Positions 63,637-64,000 of a stretch of 64,000 bases of DNA are shown here, one piece after another. The DNA is taken from the NCBI RefSeq assembly GCF_009914755.1, contig NC_060941.1. One strand, given 5' to 3'. Position 1 is the first letter of the stretch. Each line of letters starts with the position of its first letter. The stretch is from the human T2T-CHM13v2.0 reference genome, Homo sapiens. The notes under the pieces were generated by a model that did no database searches, was not told the origin of the DNA, and saw only the letters and a program-made list of their open reading frames with translations. The position numbers and the translations under genes are program-made.

Positions 63637-64000
<364 letters not shown>

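Overview
Primate (almost certainly human) genomic DNA covering the 5' end of NTN1 (netrin-1) on the + strand. It contains a CpG-island promoter (~1-2900), a non-coding first exon ending at 1035 and a 440-nt intron 1. The large first coding exon spans 1476-2556 (CDS 1539-2556) and encodes the signal peptide, laminin N-terminal domain VI and the first laminin-EGF repeat. The remaining ~61 kb is the start of the very long next intron; I recognise no further netrin exon in the window. That intron is dominated by retroelements (about 45 Alu/FLAM/FAM pieces, MIR, L2, L3, old L1), DNA transposon fossils (Tigger1, Tigger2a, MER58A, MER5) and solo LTRs (MER21-like, MLT1-like). It also has two ~4 kb repeat-poor islands that look regulatory. 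I found no convincing new biological system. The strongest leads are four. (i) A diverged pair of ~110-bp modules at 51.9/52.3 kb whose antisense translations keep 14/28 residues largely through synonymous changes. (ii) An ETS-motif-rich ~39-bp minisatellite at 58.7-59.3 kb. (iii) Locally templated copies of Alu-containing segments that did not arise by retrotransposition. (iv) An unusual pyrimidine-tract/acceptor/donor/hairpin arrangement at the end of exon 1. Repeat boundaries and subfamily names were called by eye and are approximate.
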